A stretch of 64,000 bases of DNA from Paraspadella gotoi. Lineage: Eukaryota > Animalia > Chaetognatha. This document shows, in pieces, positions 38,161-52,260 of the stretch (position 1 is the first letter of the stretch; each line of letters starts with the position of its first letter). The notes under the pieces were generated by a model. The model did no database searches. It saw nothing but the letters and a program-made list of their open reading frames with translations, and was not told the DNA's origin. The stretch lies in assembly GCA_051294375.1 (NCBI GenBank), contig CM119265.1, positions 28,743,359 to 28,807,358 on the forward strand, written 5' to 3'. Both the position numbers and the translations under genes were made by a program.

Positions 38161-40282
38161 CCGCCACAAATAATTCCATTAATTTCGACGCGTTTTTGGC
38201 AGCCGTCGTTGCCGAAGGCGAGAAAGCGAATCGTCGTCGTCATCGTCGTCGTCGTTGTCGTTTTCGTCGTTGGCGGCCGATCGAATTAGGTGGCGCATAT
38301 CGGCGTTTCCGTCCGAGGCGGCGGCGGCGGCGGCGGCGACTGCAGTCGGGAAAACAATCTCTGGAGAAAAAAACTTTAAAAGGTTTTGAAAATTTGGGAA
38401 AAACGGGAATCGGTTTTTGGAGTGAGTGGGAGGAGAGAGAATTTAGAGGGGAACATAGAGGGGATGGGGATCACAAAACATATGGGAAGAGGATCGGAGT
38501 ACCAGAGGGGAAGGGGATGATGAGACAGAGAAGATAATTAGGATTTGGGAAAACAGAGGGAAAACAGGGAAAACAGAGGGGAATGGAAAGGATAGGAAAT
38601 GTTAAAAGACAAAAATAGTATTGATAAAAGTAGAGGAAAGAAGGAAGAAGGGAGAAGCTGGGACGTCGACATCTGATCCAAAAAAGATCATCCATAATTG
38701 ATATCAATTATTCTATATTTTAGGCAAATAAATCAATTCGAATCTGACAAAGATTTTCTTAGTCACTTCTGATTTTGTTAAAGTAGAAGATTGATTTAAG
38801 TCTTGAGCCTCATTTCCAAGAATCTGTTCTTGACCTTGGTTGGATTATGAAGTACATAGTATGTAAATTGTAATTAGTTAATTGTGGCGATTCATTCAAC
38901 TCCATCCTTCTGAAAGTTATAGTGGCTCCATAATACCATGCACCATTAAACCACAAAATAATTAATTAAATAATTAATTAATCACATTAAATTTATCCAT
39001 ACATGAAATATTCAAATGTTTTTTTCTATTTCATTTAATGGAGTGATGCAGCGAATTAGCCGAAGCAGAAAGGTTAGAGTTTGATCCCTTTTAAGATATG
39101 AAAGGCCTCATTTTTTCCTCTTTTAGTGAGATGAGAGACATACACAAAGAAAAGGAGATTTCAAAAATGACAATCTTTATATTGTTATTTAAAATGTCAT
39201 TGTTATCTTTCCCGTCTTTTCTTTTTTCCTCCTTTACGCTTTTCTTTTCTTTCCTCCCTTTTCTTTTCCTCCCTTTTCTATTCTACCCTAAATCAGCTCT
39301 CCACTAAAATGCGTCGCCAATGGAAGAAGCGTGGCCCCCGAGATTTTTAAAAGGGTCACTGACCCCTGCGACGGAGGAAAGGAAAGGGAGGAAAGGAAAG
39401 GGAAAAAAGGAAAGGGAGGAAAGGAAAAAGGAGGAAAAAAAAGGGAAAAAAGAAAGGGATGGAAGGAAACGAGGGTAATACTTATTTCGTTTAATGTAAT
39501 GGCTACAATCAATGCCATGACCATAAATGGTCCCGTTTTGAAATCCATTAATGTAACTGCCACGCCTGTAAACGTTATGGACTGCGAGGTCGTCAGTATT
39601 AAATGCTATTGCTTACGATAAATGGGAAGAGTCGTTAAGACAAACGATAAACTCTGTACCAGTCGAAAATCTGTGCATGCAAAGATCATCGTACAAATCC
39701 CCAAATCGTCCGACTTTCCCGCTAAGTTAACAATTTGATCCGTACGAGATACAATGATTAATTCTGATTGGGACAATAATTTATGTTAAATCTGTCAGCT
39801 AAATAAGTTAAAGAATGTATAAAATATCTGTTGAATGAGCAAAGTTCGGTTTGACCCGGTCCGTTTTTGAACGGTTTGCCTCTGATTGTCTCGGTGATTG
39901 TCTCTGATTGTCTCTGATTGTCTCTCTGATTGTCTCTCACCTTTACTTGGCTTCTATTTTTCTTCCATGTAAAATGGGTTTGCGAAAGAAAAGAGAGAGA
40001 GAGAGAACGAATCAGTGATCGCATCCGATGCAGTCAGTGATTGTATCAAAAGTTCTTATTTTTAATTTCATATTTTTTTACATTTACATTCTCGAATGTG
40101 GTAAATAATTATAATTTCTCATTAAAAGAAATTGGCTGCTTGCTCGTTACATTTATTAATTGCTATATTTTTTCAAAGAAACCAATGTCGATTGTCATAT
40201 GAATTAAAGTTTGTATTTCACACAGAAAGGATGAGCTTTTCGTCGTAGTCGTCGTCGTTGTCGTCGTCGTAATTATTATCAT

Positions 40283-40328
<46 letters not shown>

Positions 40329-41200
40329 TATTCCTGCTTTTATCAAAGTTGTTTTATACCCATAAAGTTTTTATGGATTTTGTCCATTGTTGCACCATAA
40401 ACGTTAACTGGCGCGGAGATTTCCTCTCAGCCTTTCCTGAAAAAAAAATAATGCTCGAGAATTATTAGTTTTTTTTTCTCCAGCTTTTCTGCCTTTGTTT
40501 TTTTTACATCTAAAACCAATCATGCGACGCGATTCTTTTCAAACGAACTTTTAACGGAGGAAATAAACACTTAAAAACAATAAACACTTATAAAATAAAA
40601 AAAAAANNNNNNNNNNNNNNNNNNNNNNNNNNNNNNNNNNNNNNNNNNNNNNNNNNNNNNNNNNNNNNNNNNNNNNNNNNNNNNNNNNNNNNNNNNNNAT
40701 ATCTATGCAACCGTAAAATTTAAAGATATTATTGATAGTCGATTTTGAAGGTATCGGTTTGGCATTTTGTATGATGAATAATTTTGCAACATTCATAAAA
40801 TAATATAATATANNNNNNNNNNNNNNNNNNNNNNNNNNNNNNNNNNNNNNNNNNNNNNNNNNNNNNNNNNNNNNNNNNNNNNNNNNNNNNNNNNNNNNNN
40901 NNNNNNNNNNNNNNNNNNNNNNNNNNNNNNNNNNNNNNNNNNNNNNNNNNNNNNNNNNNNNNNNNNNNNNNNNNNNNNNNNNNNNNNNNNNNNNNNNNNN
41001 NNNNNNNNNNNNNNNNNNNNNNNNNNNNNNNNNNNNNNNNNNNNNNNCTTCGACCTTCTGTTCTTTTGTTTTTCTTTTCGCCGTCGGCGGCGCTCAATTC
41101 AAATATTTCTCGTTTTATTCTGGTTTGTTTTTAGCAATATCATTCTTAATAAATTATTTAACTATACAATAGAATATGATATTATATTTATTAGTATAAA

Positions 41201-41421
41201 ATTGGTACAACCAATATAAAAATTTTCATTCATTTAAGAAATAACTATTTGCCCCTGAGCTTTGGACAGGCTTGGTATTTAAGCGTCCATCACTCGTAAA
41301 AGATAATACCACAAGCGGGGCCTTTGCAAGCTTTCAATCAAACTCTCTCGGACAAAGTCTCGTTATTCACTCTCCAGAGCTACCTGGCTTCCTATCAATG
41401 AGTGTATAATGTTTCAAAGAA
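41201..41421 (-). mobile_element. Single 5'-truncated copy of the ~320-bp repeat
   Basis: Starts at 'attggtacaaccaatataaa' and aligns through 'tttcaaagaat'. Confidence 0.85.
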
Positions 41422-41621
41422 TCTTTATGTATGCAGATATGCTTCCATCTGTAGTGGTATTAATGGTTTTACTTAAAGAATCCTTTATGTAATATGTATT
41501 TAGCCCTTACAGTATTTGACATAGGGTACTGATACTTCTCAATCTTAAACCCAATATTTAATATCTACTATAGTGTATTAAACTTCCGCAACATTTCACC
41601 CGTGTGCCAGCTATTGAGATT

Positions 41622-41820
41622 AACTGCCATCCGTTGCTATGCCTATTTTTCAAATAAATGCCATCTGGTGATACCATTTCAGGAAAGATCACATAATGCC
41701 ATCCCGTGATGCTTTTCAAATAATTTGCCATTCGTGATTCCAATTTCAGATGAAGCCATCCCGTGATGCTATTTCAGATAACCATCCCTGGTGATGCCCA
41801 GTTCAGATAACGCTCATCCA
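41622..41820. repeat. ~27-bp minisatellite (gccatcccgtgatgctatttcagataa), ~7 copies
   Basis: Recurrent 'gccatc' spaced ~27-33 bp apart. Confidence 0.8.
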
Positions 41821-42550
41821 ACCTGTTTAATGCTAGTGGAGAACATAACCGGCCGATTTTTAGCCTCTTTTCCTAAATCCCAGCGGGACGCCGCCATTTT
41901 GAAAAGCCATTTCGCGTTTGGCGGAATGCCGCTAAATTCGGTTTAACTTTGACGCCCACTGCCATCTCTCTCTCTATCTCTCTGTGTCCTATCTCTATCT
42001 CACGTCTCTCGTCTCTCCGTCCCTTCTCGTCTCCTCTCTCTCTCTCTCTCTCTCTCTGCCTCTCTCTCCGCTCCTCGTACTCTATCTATCTCTCTCTCTA
42101 ACTTTCTCCTCCTCTCTCTCTCTCATCTCTCTCTCCTCCTCTCTTCTCTCTGCTCTCGACCTCTTTTCGTTCTTTTCTCTATAATGCTCCTCCATCTCCA
42201 CTTCCTCCTCCTCACCTCACTTCCTCTCTCCTCCCCTCCTCCTATCCTTCCTTACTCCTTTTTTCCTCCTCTTCGTCTCCTCCCCCCTCCAGGCGAACTG
42301 GCTTCTGGCGCCAGGGTGCGCACGCCGGGAGACGCCGCTAAATCGCCTTTCTTCTCTTTCCGCCATTTTGTTTTTCATCTCTCCTCTCTCTCCCTCTCTC
42401 TCTATCTCTCTCTCTCTCTCTCTCTGCTCTGCCCTCCCTGCCTCCCCCTCTCCTCTCTCCTCTCTCTCTCTCTCTCTCTCCTCTCTCTTTCTCAAATCTC
42501 ATTTCTCCTTTTCTTGTTTTTATTTCTCCCAGAATCGAGGACATTCCTCT

Positions 42551-42591
<41 letters not shown>

Positions 42592-43127
42592 TCTTTCTCT
42601 CTTCACATTCGTCTTCCTCTTCGCTAAAAGTTTTTTTCTTATTTTTTTCCCTTTTTTTAGAAAATAAGTAATGAGAAAAACAGAGAGGAAAAATATAAAA
42701 TATTGAATCTTCTTTAATAATGACTCCCTTCTTTTGATTGATTGATTGATTGATCTTTAACCCTCTTCTTAATCACTTTACGTTGCGTCACTGGCAAATC
42801 AAATCACGTTTAATCCCCCAATCCTTCTGTGACGCTGACGTTTTCACGTGAACAGCCGCGCTTTTGATTCTCAGCTACTGACTCAATCACTGACTCACTG
42901 AAGCCATTTTCTCACGCGCTCAAATTGTCAATTCGTCTTTGTGACTTTTATTTTCACACGTTTACTTTCTTCTTTCACGCCGGACGCGTGACACTCACCA
43001 CTGCCATATTTTCTCTTTTCTCTTTCTTAATTATTTTCTTTCTTTTTTTCCTTTTTTTAATTTCTTTTTTTCCTAATCTCCTTTTATATTTTTTCTTCTT
43101 TCCAAAGATACGGACTTTTTCTCATTT

Positions 43128-43199
<72 letters not shown>

Positions 43200-43222
<23 letters not shown>

Positions 43223-44775
43223 ATTCGAGTGGGGGTTGTGGAAAACCCCTCATGCCTGTTTCCAAGCCCAGGACTCGTTCCATTCCTGCTAGAAGGAGCA
43301 CAGAAGATAAGGATAGCACAGAAGATAGCACAGAAGATACGGATAGTAGTCCTCAGCCAACTTAGCGCCTTATCCACACTCTCTCTCTATCCTCTCATAT
43401 CTCTCTCTCTATCCTCTTATATCTCTCTCTCTATCCTCTTATATCCCACTGCCCTTTTTCCTTCCTTCCTCTTTTATACCGGAAATGAAAAATCGGCGGC
43501 GGCGGCGGCGGCGGCGGCNNNNNNNNNNNNNNNNNNNNNNNNNNNNNNNNNNNNNNNNNNNNNNNNNNNNNNNNNNNNNNNNNNNNNNNNNNNNNNNNNN
43601 NNNNNNNNNNNNNNNNNNNNNNNNNNNNNNNNNNNNNNNNNNNNNNNNNNNNNNNNNNNNNNNNNNNNNNNNNNNNNNNNNNNNNNNNNNNNNNNNNNNN
43701 NNNNNNNNNNNNNNNNNNNNNNNNNNNNNNNNNNNNCCAGTACCGAAGGGGGGGGCGAAGGGGCGTAACTGCGCCGAGGGCAAAAGGAGGCGGATATCCG
43801 GTTGCCAGTTTTATGGTTGTGAATGAATTCGTCATCTNNNNNNNNNNNNNNNNNNNNNNNNNNNNNNNNNNNNNNNNNNNNNNNNNNNNNNNNNNNNNNN
43901 NNNNNNNNNNNNNNNNNNNNNNNNNNNNNNNNNNNNNNNNNNNNNNNNNNNNNNNNNNNNNNNNNNNNNNNNNNNNNNNNNNNNNNNNNNNNNNNNNNNN
44001 NNNNNNNNNNNNNNNNNNNNNNNNNNNNNNNNNNNNNNNNNNNNNNNNNNNNNNNNNNNNNNNNNNNNNNNNNNNNNNNNNNNNNNNNNNNNNNNNNNNN
44101 NNNNNNNNNNNNNNNNNNNNNAAATATTCAATTCGAAGAAATTCCTTTGACCAAATTAAAAATCCAAATTCACTGACAGTTTGCATAAAATTAATTAATT
44201 AATTAATTAATTAATAAATTAATGTTGATATTTTAACGGTAGCGATCGAAAAATATTTAATTCTCTCTCGTGAGATTTAACATTACTTAATATTCTTGAA
44301 AGAATAAATTCATTGTCAGTTTGAACTTTTTCTCAATTGTATATTACATATAGTGGATGTGGTCGAGATAAAAATGGCGAACAAAACGAGATGAATCGAG
44401 TAAATAATTCTAAAGTTTTTGCGACCGGCGTTTTAACGGAGTGAGCCAAACAATTTATTAAAGAATTCCCCCAGCGATTTTATTTTCTTTCTTACTAATA
44501 ATCGAAAAATTCTCAGAACGTTTTATATTTTCACAAAAGTTAATTTGATACAAAATCCAAAATCGTTTCATTTTTAAAATTGGCTAAAGTTAGGTTACAA
44601 ATATACAATATAAAATTCAGCTCCTTGTATTTTGATGCTGGGTAGAGTTCAATATAGTATTCTTAATCAATCTTAATCTTAATCTTAATCTTAATCTTAA
44701 TCAATCTTAATCTTAATCAATATTAATTTAATCTTAATCTTAATCAATCTTAATCTTAATCTTAATTCTAATCCT
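43200..44775 (+). repeat. Segment whose inverted copy lies at 45630-48600; this copy lacks the tandem array (empty allele)
   Basis: 44122-44352 is the reverse complement of ~47445-47817; 44348-44775 is the reverse complement of 45630-46118; 43221-43518 is the reverse complement of ~48170-48527. Confidence 0.9.
44610..44662 (+). mobile_element. Short fragment of the ~320-bp repeat (ataaaattcagctccttgtattttgatgct...), abutting (TTAATC)n
   Basis: Matches the array sequence at ~31875-31925 and ~32218-32270. Confidence 0.75.
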
Positions 44776-44779
44776 AATC
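44663..44779. repeat. (TTAATC)n microsatellite (reverse complement at 45630-45765 and 49053-49188)
   Basis: Direct reading. Confidence 0.92.
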
Positions 44780-46118
44780 AAGTCTTTGTCTCTCTTTCCT
44801 TTTCCTCCACTCGGTGGCTTTGCGGTTGTTGTCGTCGTTGTCGTCGTCGTCGTCGTCGTCGTCCTCTTCTGCTGGAAAGCCACGCAGTCTCTTGTCTTTT
44901 TCCTTTCGGCGCCAGAGAGTCGCGATTCATGAGGAGGAGGAGGAGGAGGAGGAGGAGGAGGAAAAAGAAAAAGGAGGAACATGAGGCAAAAGGGAAAAAC
45001 GGGAAAGATTTTAGGTGAAGCAAAAACAATTGAAATAGAAAAAGCAAAGGAAAGGAAAGGAGAGGAGAAGAAAGGAAAGGAAAGGAAAGGAAAGGAAANN
45101 NNNNNNNNNNNNNNNNNNNNNNNNNNNNNNNNNNNNNNNNNNNNNNNNNNNNNNNNNNNNNNNNNNNNNNNNNNNNNNNNNNNNNNNNNNNNNNNNNNNN
45201 NNNNNNNNNNNNNNNNNNNNNNNNNNNNNNNNNNNNNNNNNNNNNNNNNNNNNNNNNNNNNNNNNNNNNNNNNNNNNNNNNNNNNNNNNNNNNNNNNNNN
45301 NNNNNNNNNNNNNNNNNNNNNNNNNNNNNNNNNNNNNNNNNNNNNNNNNNNNNNNNNNNNNNNNNNNNNNNNNNNNNNNNNNNNNNNNNNNNNNNNNNNN
45401 NNNNNNNNNNNNNNNNTTGAAAAAACACAAATAAAAATGAAAGTAGTTTAATTATTTGATTTCGCTTCTCGCTTCTCCCCTTAATAGCGCTCTGTCTGTC
45501 CGTCTGTCTGCCTCTTTGAAAAAACTTAAAGTTTGATAATGAAAAAAACTAAAAAAATGATTAATAATAAATTATTGACGACAGAGAGAGAGAGAGAGAG
45601 AGAGNNNNNNNNNNNNNNNNNNNNNNNNNTGGATTAGGAATTAGAAATTAAGATTAAGATTAAGATTTTTTGATTTAAGATTAAGATGTTAAATTAATTA
45701 TTGATTAAGATTAAAGATTGATTAAGATTAAGATTAAAAGAGATTAAGATTAAGATTGATTTAAGAATATATTTGAACTCCTAACCCAGCATCAAAATAT
45801 AAAGGAGCGAATTTTATATTGTATATTTGTAACCTATACTTTAGGCCAATTTTTAAAAATGAAACGATTTTGGATTTTTTGGTATACCAATATAACTTTT
45901 GGTGAAAATATAAAAACCGTTCTGGAGAAAATTTTTCGATTATTAAGTAAGCTAAAAGAAAATAAAAAAATCGGCTGGGGGAATTCTTTAATTGTTTGGC
46001 CTCACCCCCGTTAAAAAAAACGCCGGTCGCAAAAAAAAACTTTAGAATTATTTTACTCTCGATTCATTTCTCTCGGTTTTGTTCGCCATTTTTTATATCT
46101 CGACCACATCCACTATAT

Positions 46119-47444
46119 AAATGAATTGGTACAACCAATATAAAAAATTATCCATAATATTCATTTAATAAATAAGACTTATTCTTGCCCCTGACTTTGG
46201 AACAGGCTTTGGCTTGGTTTGGGGCCTCCAATCATACTCTTACAAGATAATGACATAGCAGGTCACTGCAAGGCTTTCAATCAAAGACTACTCTCTCACA
46301 GTCCCGTTTATTCACTCCCAGAGTACCTGGCTTCCCTATCAATGGAAGTGGAAAATATTTCAAAAGAATGTTTCAAAATTGAGTATGAAAAAGACGCGCA
46401 CTCCCTTAAGGTATTAAGATCGGGGAATAACTTATTGTAAACTCGCACTAGCAATCAAAATACAGGAAGCTAGAATTTTATCGAAAAATTGGTACAACCA
46501 ATAATAAAAAAATTATCCATTCATATTAAATAAATTAAGAGCTATCTTGCCCTGACATTGGACCAGGCTTTGTGGGTTTAAGGCCTCCATCACTCTTACA
46601 AGGATAATGAAAAGCAGGTCCCTCAATGCTTTCAAATCAAGACTCTACTCACAAGTCCCGTTTATTTCACTCCCAGAGTACTGTTTAGAAAGTGGATAAA
46701 TATTTCCATAAGAATGTTTCAATTGTAGAATAGACCCACTTCCCTTAAGGTAATTAGATCAGAGAGGAATACTTATTGGTACTTAGATAAATACAAGGCT
46801 GAATTTTTTGAAAAAATATTGGTAACCAATATAAAATTATCCATTCATTTATAATAAGCTATCCTTGCCCCCTGACTTTGGGGGACAGGCTTGGTGGTTT
46901 ATAGGCCTCCTATCACTCCCTTAACTACCAAGAATAATGACATAGCAGGTCCTGCAACAGCTTTAATGCAAAGACTCTCCTCACAGTCCGTTTATTCACT
47001 CCCAGAAGGTACCTGGCTCCGCCTATTCAATGAAAGTGGAAAATATTTCAAAGAATGTTTCAATTGTATGAAAGACCTCCCTAAGTATTAGATCGGGAAT
47101 ACTTATATGTACTCGCACTAGCATAAAATCAAGGAGCTGAATTTTATGAAATTGGTCAACCAATATAAAAATTATAATCCATTCATTTATAAATAGGAGG
47201 CTATCCTTGCCCCCTGACTTGGAGCAGGCTTTGGTGGTTTAAGGGCCTCCATCACTCTTACAAGATAATGACATATGGCAGGTCCCTGCAAGGCTTTCAA
47301 TCAAGACTCTCCTCAGACAGTCCCGTTATATTTTTTATTTTCACCAGTTATCCCAGAGTCCTGGCTCCCCTATCTCAATGAAGTGGAAAAATTATTTTCA
47401 AGGAAAATGTTTTCAAATTTGTATGAAAAAGGACCACTGCCCCT
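46119..47444 (-). mobile_element. Tandem array (~3.8 units) of the ~320-bp repeat, flanked by TATAT
   Basis: Units start with attggt at 46125, 46488, 46818 and 47151. Twister-like motifs lie at ~46180-46249, ~46542-46606, ~46860-46936 and ~47202-47267. TATAT is at 46114-46118 and 47445-47449. Confidence 0.9.
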
Positions 47445-48561
47445 TATATGTAATATACAATTTGAGAAAAAAAACTTCAAACTGACAATGAATTTATTCT
47501 TTAAAGAATATTAATAAATGTTAAATCTCCAGCGAATATAGGGGAAGAGGAGAAGAATTATATTTTTCGATGCGCTTAAACCCGTTAAAAAATAAATCAA
47601 CATTAATTAATTAAAATTTAAATAAAATTAAATTATTTTAATTAAATTAATTAATTAAATAATTATTTAAATAATTTAATTAAATTAATTATTTAACATA
47701 TTATTAATTAATTAATTACTTAATTAATTAATTTTATTGCAAAACTGTGTTAAAATTAAATAATTAGATTTTTTTAATTTTTGTCAAAGGGAATTTTTCT
47801 CTTCGAATTGGAATATTTAATGATCAAACGGTATGGTATACATAGGGGTTGAATCACGAGTCAGGCCTCACGATTCATTTTCCTTCACAGATCAGAGAAT
47901 GACGAATTCATTCACAACCATAAAACTGGGCAACCCGTGATATCCGCCTTCCTTTTGTTTGCGCCTCGGCGCAGTTACGGGCCTTCGGCCCCCCCTCCGG
48001 TAAACTCGGCAATCTGAAAATCATCCCTCTTCCTCCTCTTCCACTCCTCTCTCTTCAAATATTCCCACACGCAATATTAAAAAAAGGATAAAAAAAAAAA
48101 ACTGGCAGACTGACTGTGCGGCCGCGGTGTCTGGCCGGAAGAAAAGACGCCCCGCTGCCACGCCGGCCGCCGGACGCCGCGCGCCGCGCCGCGCTGCCTG
48201 CCGGGCCGATTTTTTTCATTTCTTCCGCCGGTATAAAAGTAGGATGAGGAAGGGAAAAGAGCCAGTGGGGATATAAGAGGATAGAGAGAGAGATATAAGA
48301 GGATAGAGAGAGAGATATGAGAGGAATAGAGAGAGAGTGTGGATAAAGGGGCGCCTAGTTGGCTGAGGAACTACTAATTCCGTATCTCCTTCTGTGCTAA
48401 TCTTCTGTGCTATCCTTATTCCCCTTTTCTGTGCCTCCTTCCTTAGCAGGAATGGAACGAGTCTGGGCTTGGAAAACAGGCATGAGGGGTTTTCTCCCTT
48501 CCAGTCCACAACCCCCCATCGAATGGGAGAGAGAGAAGACGAAGAGAGAGAGAGAGAAGAG

Positions 48562-48603
<42 letters not shown>

Positions 48604-48782
48604 CCACGCGCCCGCCAGCATGTTTTTCAAGAATTTAAAAAAATATATTTCTTTTCTCCAATTTTTTTTCTATTTTTCTTTCCCTTTTTTTTTTCATATG
48701 TGTTGAAAGTATATATAAGTTTACGTTTGCGGTTTTTCGGATCATCGAAGAGTCACAACAGTTTCCTCCCAACTCTCTCTCA

Positions 48783-48837
<55 letters not shown>

Positions 48838-49052
48838 CTTACTCTCTCTCTCTCCACTACTCTCCGGACCTAAGTTCGGGGAGGCTGGCTTTATCCTCGC
48901 AGTTTAATTGAGACTTAAATGCGCGCGTGATTCGTAGGTTGAGACGCGACGTTCGACCAATCAACGATCATCACGCGTGACTGTTCGGCCAATGAGCGAT
49001 TGCCCTAGGTTTGCCGTAAAAATGACTNNNNNNNNNNNNNNNNNNNNNNNNN

Positions 49053-51984
49053 TGGATTAGGAATTAGAAATTAAGATTAAGATTAAGATTTTTTGATTTA
49101 AGATTAAGATGTTAAATTAATTATTGATTAAGATTAAAGATTGATTAAGATTAAGATTAAAAGAGATTAAGATTAAGATTGATTTAAGAATATATTTGAA
49201 CTCCTAACCCAGCATCAAAATATAAAGGAGCGAATTTTATATTGTATATTTGTAACCTATACTTTAGGCCAATTTTTAAAAATGAAACGATTTTGGATTT
49301 TTTGGTATACCAATATAACTTTTGGTGAAAATATAAAAACCGTTCTGGAGAAAATTTTTCGATTATTAAGTAAGCTAAAAGAAAATAAAAAAATCGGCTG
49401 GGGGAATTCTTTAATTGTTTGGCCTCACCCCCGTTAAAAAAAACGCCGGTCGCAAAAAAAAACTTTAGAATTATTTTACTCTCGATTCATTTCTCTCGGT
49501 TTTGTTCGCCATTTTTTATATCTCGACCACATCCACTATATAAATGAATTGGTACAACCAATATAAAAAATTATCCATAATATTCATTTAATAAATAAGA
49601 CTTATTCTTGCCCCTGACTTTGGAACAGGCTTTGGCTTGGTTTGGGGCCTCCAATCATACTCTTACAAGATAATGACATAGCAGGTCACTGCAAGGCTTT
49701 CAATCAAAGACTACTCTCTCACAGTCCCGTTTATTCACTCCCAGAGTACCTGGCTTCCCTATCAATGGAAGTGGAAAATATTTCAAAAGAATGTTTCAAA
49801 ATTGAGTATGAAAAAGACGCGCACTCCCTTAAGGTATTAAGATCGGGGAATAACTTATTGTAAACTCGCACTAGCAATCAAAATACAGGAAGCTAGAATT
49901 TTATCGAAAAATTGGTACAACCAATAATAAAAAAATTATCCATTCATATTAAATAAATTAAGAGCTATCTTGCCCTGACATTGGACCAGGCTTTGTGGGT
50001 TTAAGGCCTCCATCACTCTTACAAGGATAATGAAAAGCAGGTCCCTCAATGCTTTCAAATCAAGACTCTACTCACAAGTCCCGTTTATTTCACTCCCAGA
50101 GTACTGTTTAGAAAGTGGATAAATATTTCCATAAGAATGTTTCAATTGTAGAATAGACCCACTTCCCTTAAGGTAATTAGATCAGAGAGGAATACTTATT
50201 GGTACTTAGATAAATACAAGGCTGAATTTTTTGAAAAAATATTGGTAACCAATATAAAATTATCCATTCATTTATAATAAGCTATCCTTGCCCCCTGACT
50301 TTGGGGGACAGGCTTGGTGGTTTATAGGCCTCCTATCACTCCCTTAACTACCAAGAATAATGACATAGCAGGTCCTGCAACAGCTTTAATGCAAAGACTC
50401 TCCTCACAGTCCGTTTATTCACTCCCAGAAGGTACCTGGCTCCGCCTATTCAATGAAAGTGGAAAATATTTCAAAGAATGTTTCAATTGTATGAAAGACC
50501 TCCCTAAGTATTAGATCGGGAATACTTATATGTACTCGCACTAGCATAAAATCAAGGAGCTGAATTTTATGAAATTGGTCAACCAATATAAAAATTATAA
50601 TCCATTCATTTATAAATAGGAGGCTATCCTTGCCCCCTGACTTGGAGCAGGCTTTGGTGGTTTAAGGGCCTCCATCACTCTTACAAGATAATGACATATG
50701 GCAGGTCCCTGCAAGGCTTTCAATCAAGACTCTCCTCAGACAGTCCCGTTATATTTTTTATTTTCACCAGTTATCCCAGAGTCCTGGCTCCCCTATCTCA
50801 ATGAAGTGGAAAAATTATTTTCAAGGAAAATGTTTTCAAATTTGTATGAAAAAGGACCACTGCCCCTTATATGTAATATACAATTTGAGAAAAAAAACTT
50901 CAAACTGACAATGAATTTATTCTTTAAAGAATATTAATAAATGTTAAATCTCCAGCGAATATAGGGGAAGAGGAGAAGAATTATATTTTTCGATGCGCTT
51001 AAACCCGTTAAAAAATAAATCAACATTAATTAATTAAAATTTAAATAAAATTAAATTATTTTAATTAAATTAATTAATTAAATAATTATTTAAATAATTT
51101 AATTAAATTAATTATTTAACATATTATTAATTAATTAATTACTTAATTAATTAATTTTATTGCAAAACTGTGTTAAAATTAAATAATTAGATTTTTTTAA
51201 TTTTTGTCAAAGGGAATTTTTCTCTTCGAATTGGAATATTTAATGATCAAACGGTATGGTATACATAGGGGTTGAATCACGAGTCAGGCCTCACGATTCA
51301 TTTTCCTTCACAGATCAGAGAATGACGAATTCATTCACAACCATAAAACTGGGCAACCCGTGATATCCGCCTTCCTTTTGTTTGCGCCTCGGCGCAGTTA
51401 CGGGCCTTCGGCCCCCCCTCCGGTAAACTCGGCAATCTGAAAATCATCCCTCTTCCTCCTCTTCCACTCCTCTCTCTTCAAATATTCCCACACGCAATAT
51501 TAAAAAAAGGATAAAAAAAAAAAACTGGCAGACTGACTGTGCGGCCGCGGTGTCTGGCCGGAAGAAAAGACGCCCCGCTGCCACGCCGGCCGCCGGACGC
51601 CGCGCGCCGCGCCGCGCTGCCTGCCGGGCCGATTTTTTTCATTTCTTCCGCCGGTATAAAAGTAGGATGAGGAAGGGAAAAGAGCCAGTGGGGATATAAG
51701 AGGATAGAGAGAGAGATATAAGAGGATAGAGAGAGAGATATGAGAGGAATAGAGAGAGAGTGTGGATAAAGGGGCGCCTAGTTGGCTGAGGAACTACTAA
51801 TTCCGTATCTCCTTCTGTGCTAATCTTCTGTGCTATCCTTATTCCCCTTTTCTGTGCCTCCTTCCTTAGCAGGAATGGAACGAGTCTGGGCTTGGAAAAC
51901 AGGCATGAGGGGTTTTCTCCCTTCCAGTCCACAACCCCCCATCGAATGGGAGAGAGAGAAGACGAAGAGAGAGAGAGAGAAGAG

Positions 51985-52026
<42 letters not shown>

Positions 52027-52205
52027 CCACGCGCCCGCCAGCATGTTTTTCAAGAATTTAAAAAAATATATTTCTTTTCTCCAATTTTTTTTCTATTTTT
52101 CTTTCCCTTTTTTTTTTCATATGTGTTGAAAGTATATATAAGTTTACGTTTGCGGTTTTTCGGATCATCGAAGAGTCACAACAGTTTCCTCCCAACTCTC
52201 TCTCA

Positions 52206-52260
<55 letters not shown>

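Noticed and set aside
38700-38950. Possible decayed LINE RT C-terminus on the minus strand (YGAT…/LWSHY…/SWKMRLK…)
   Set aside because: Only a vague resemblance spread over different frames with stops. It needs tBLASTx or an HMM search to support it.
39480-39621. Complex sequence open in several frames, possible exon
   Set aside because: No recognisable homology and no convincing splice-site pair.
44663-44779. Interstitial telomeric repeat
   Set aside because: The unit is TTAATC/GATTAA, not TTAGG or TTAGGG.
46119-47444. Hammerhead ribozyme in the tandem unit
   Set aside because: No CTGANGA core on either strand of my consensus.
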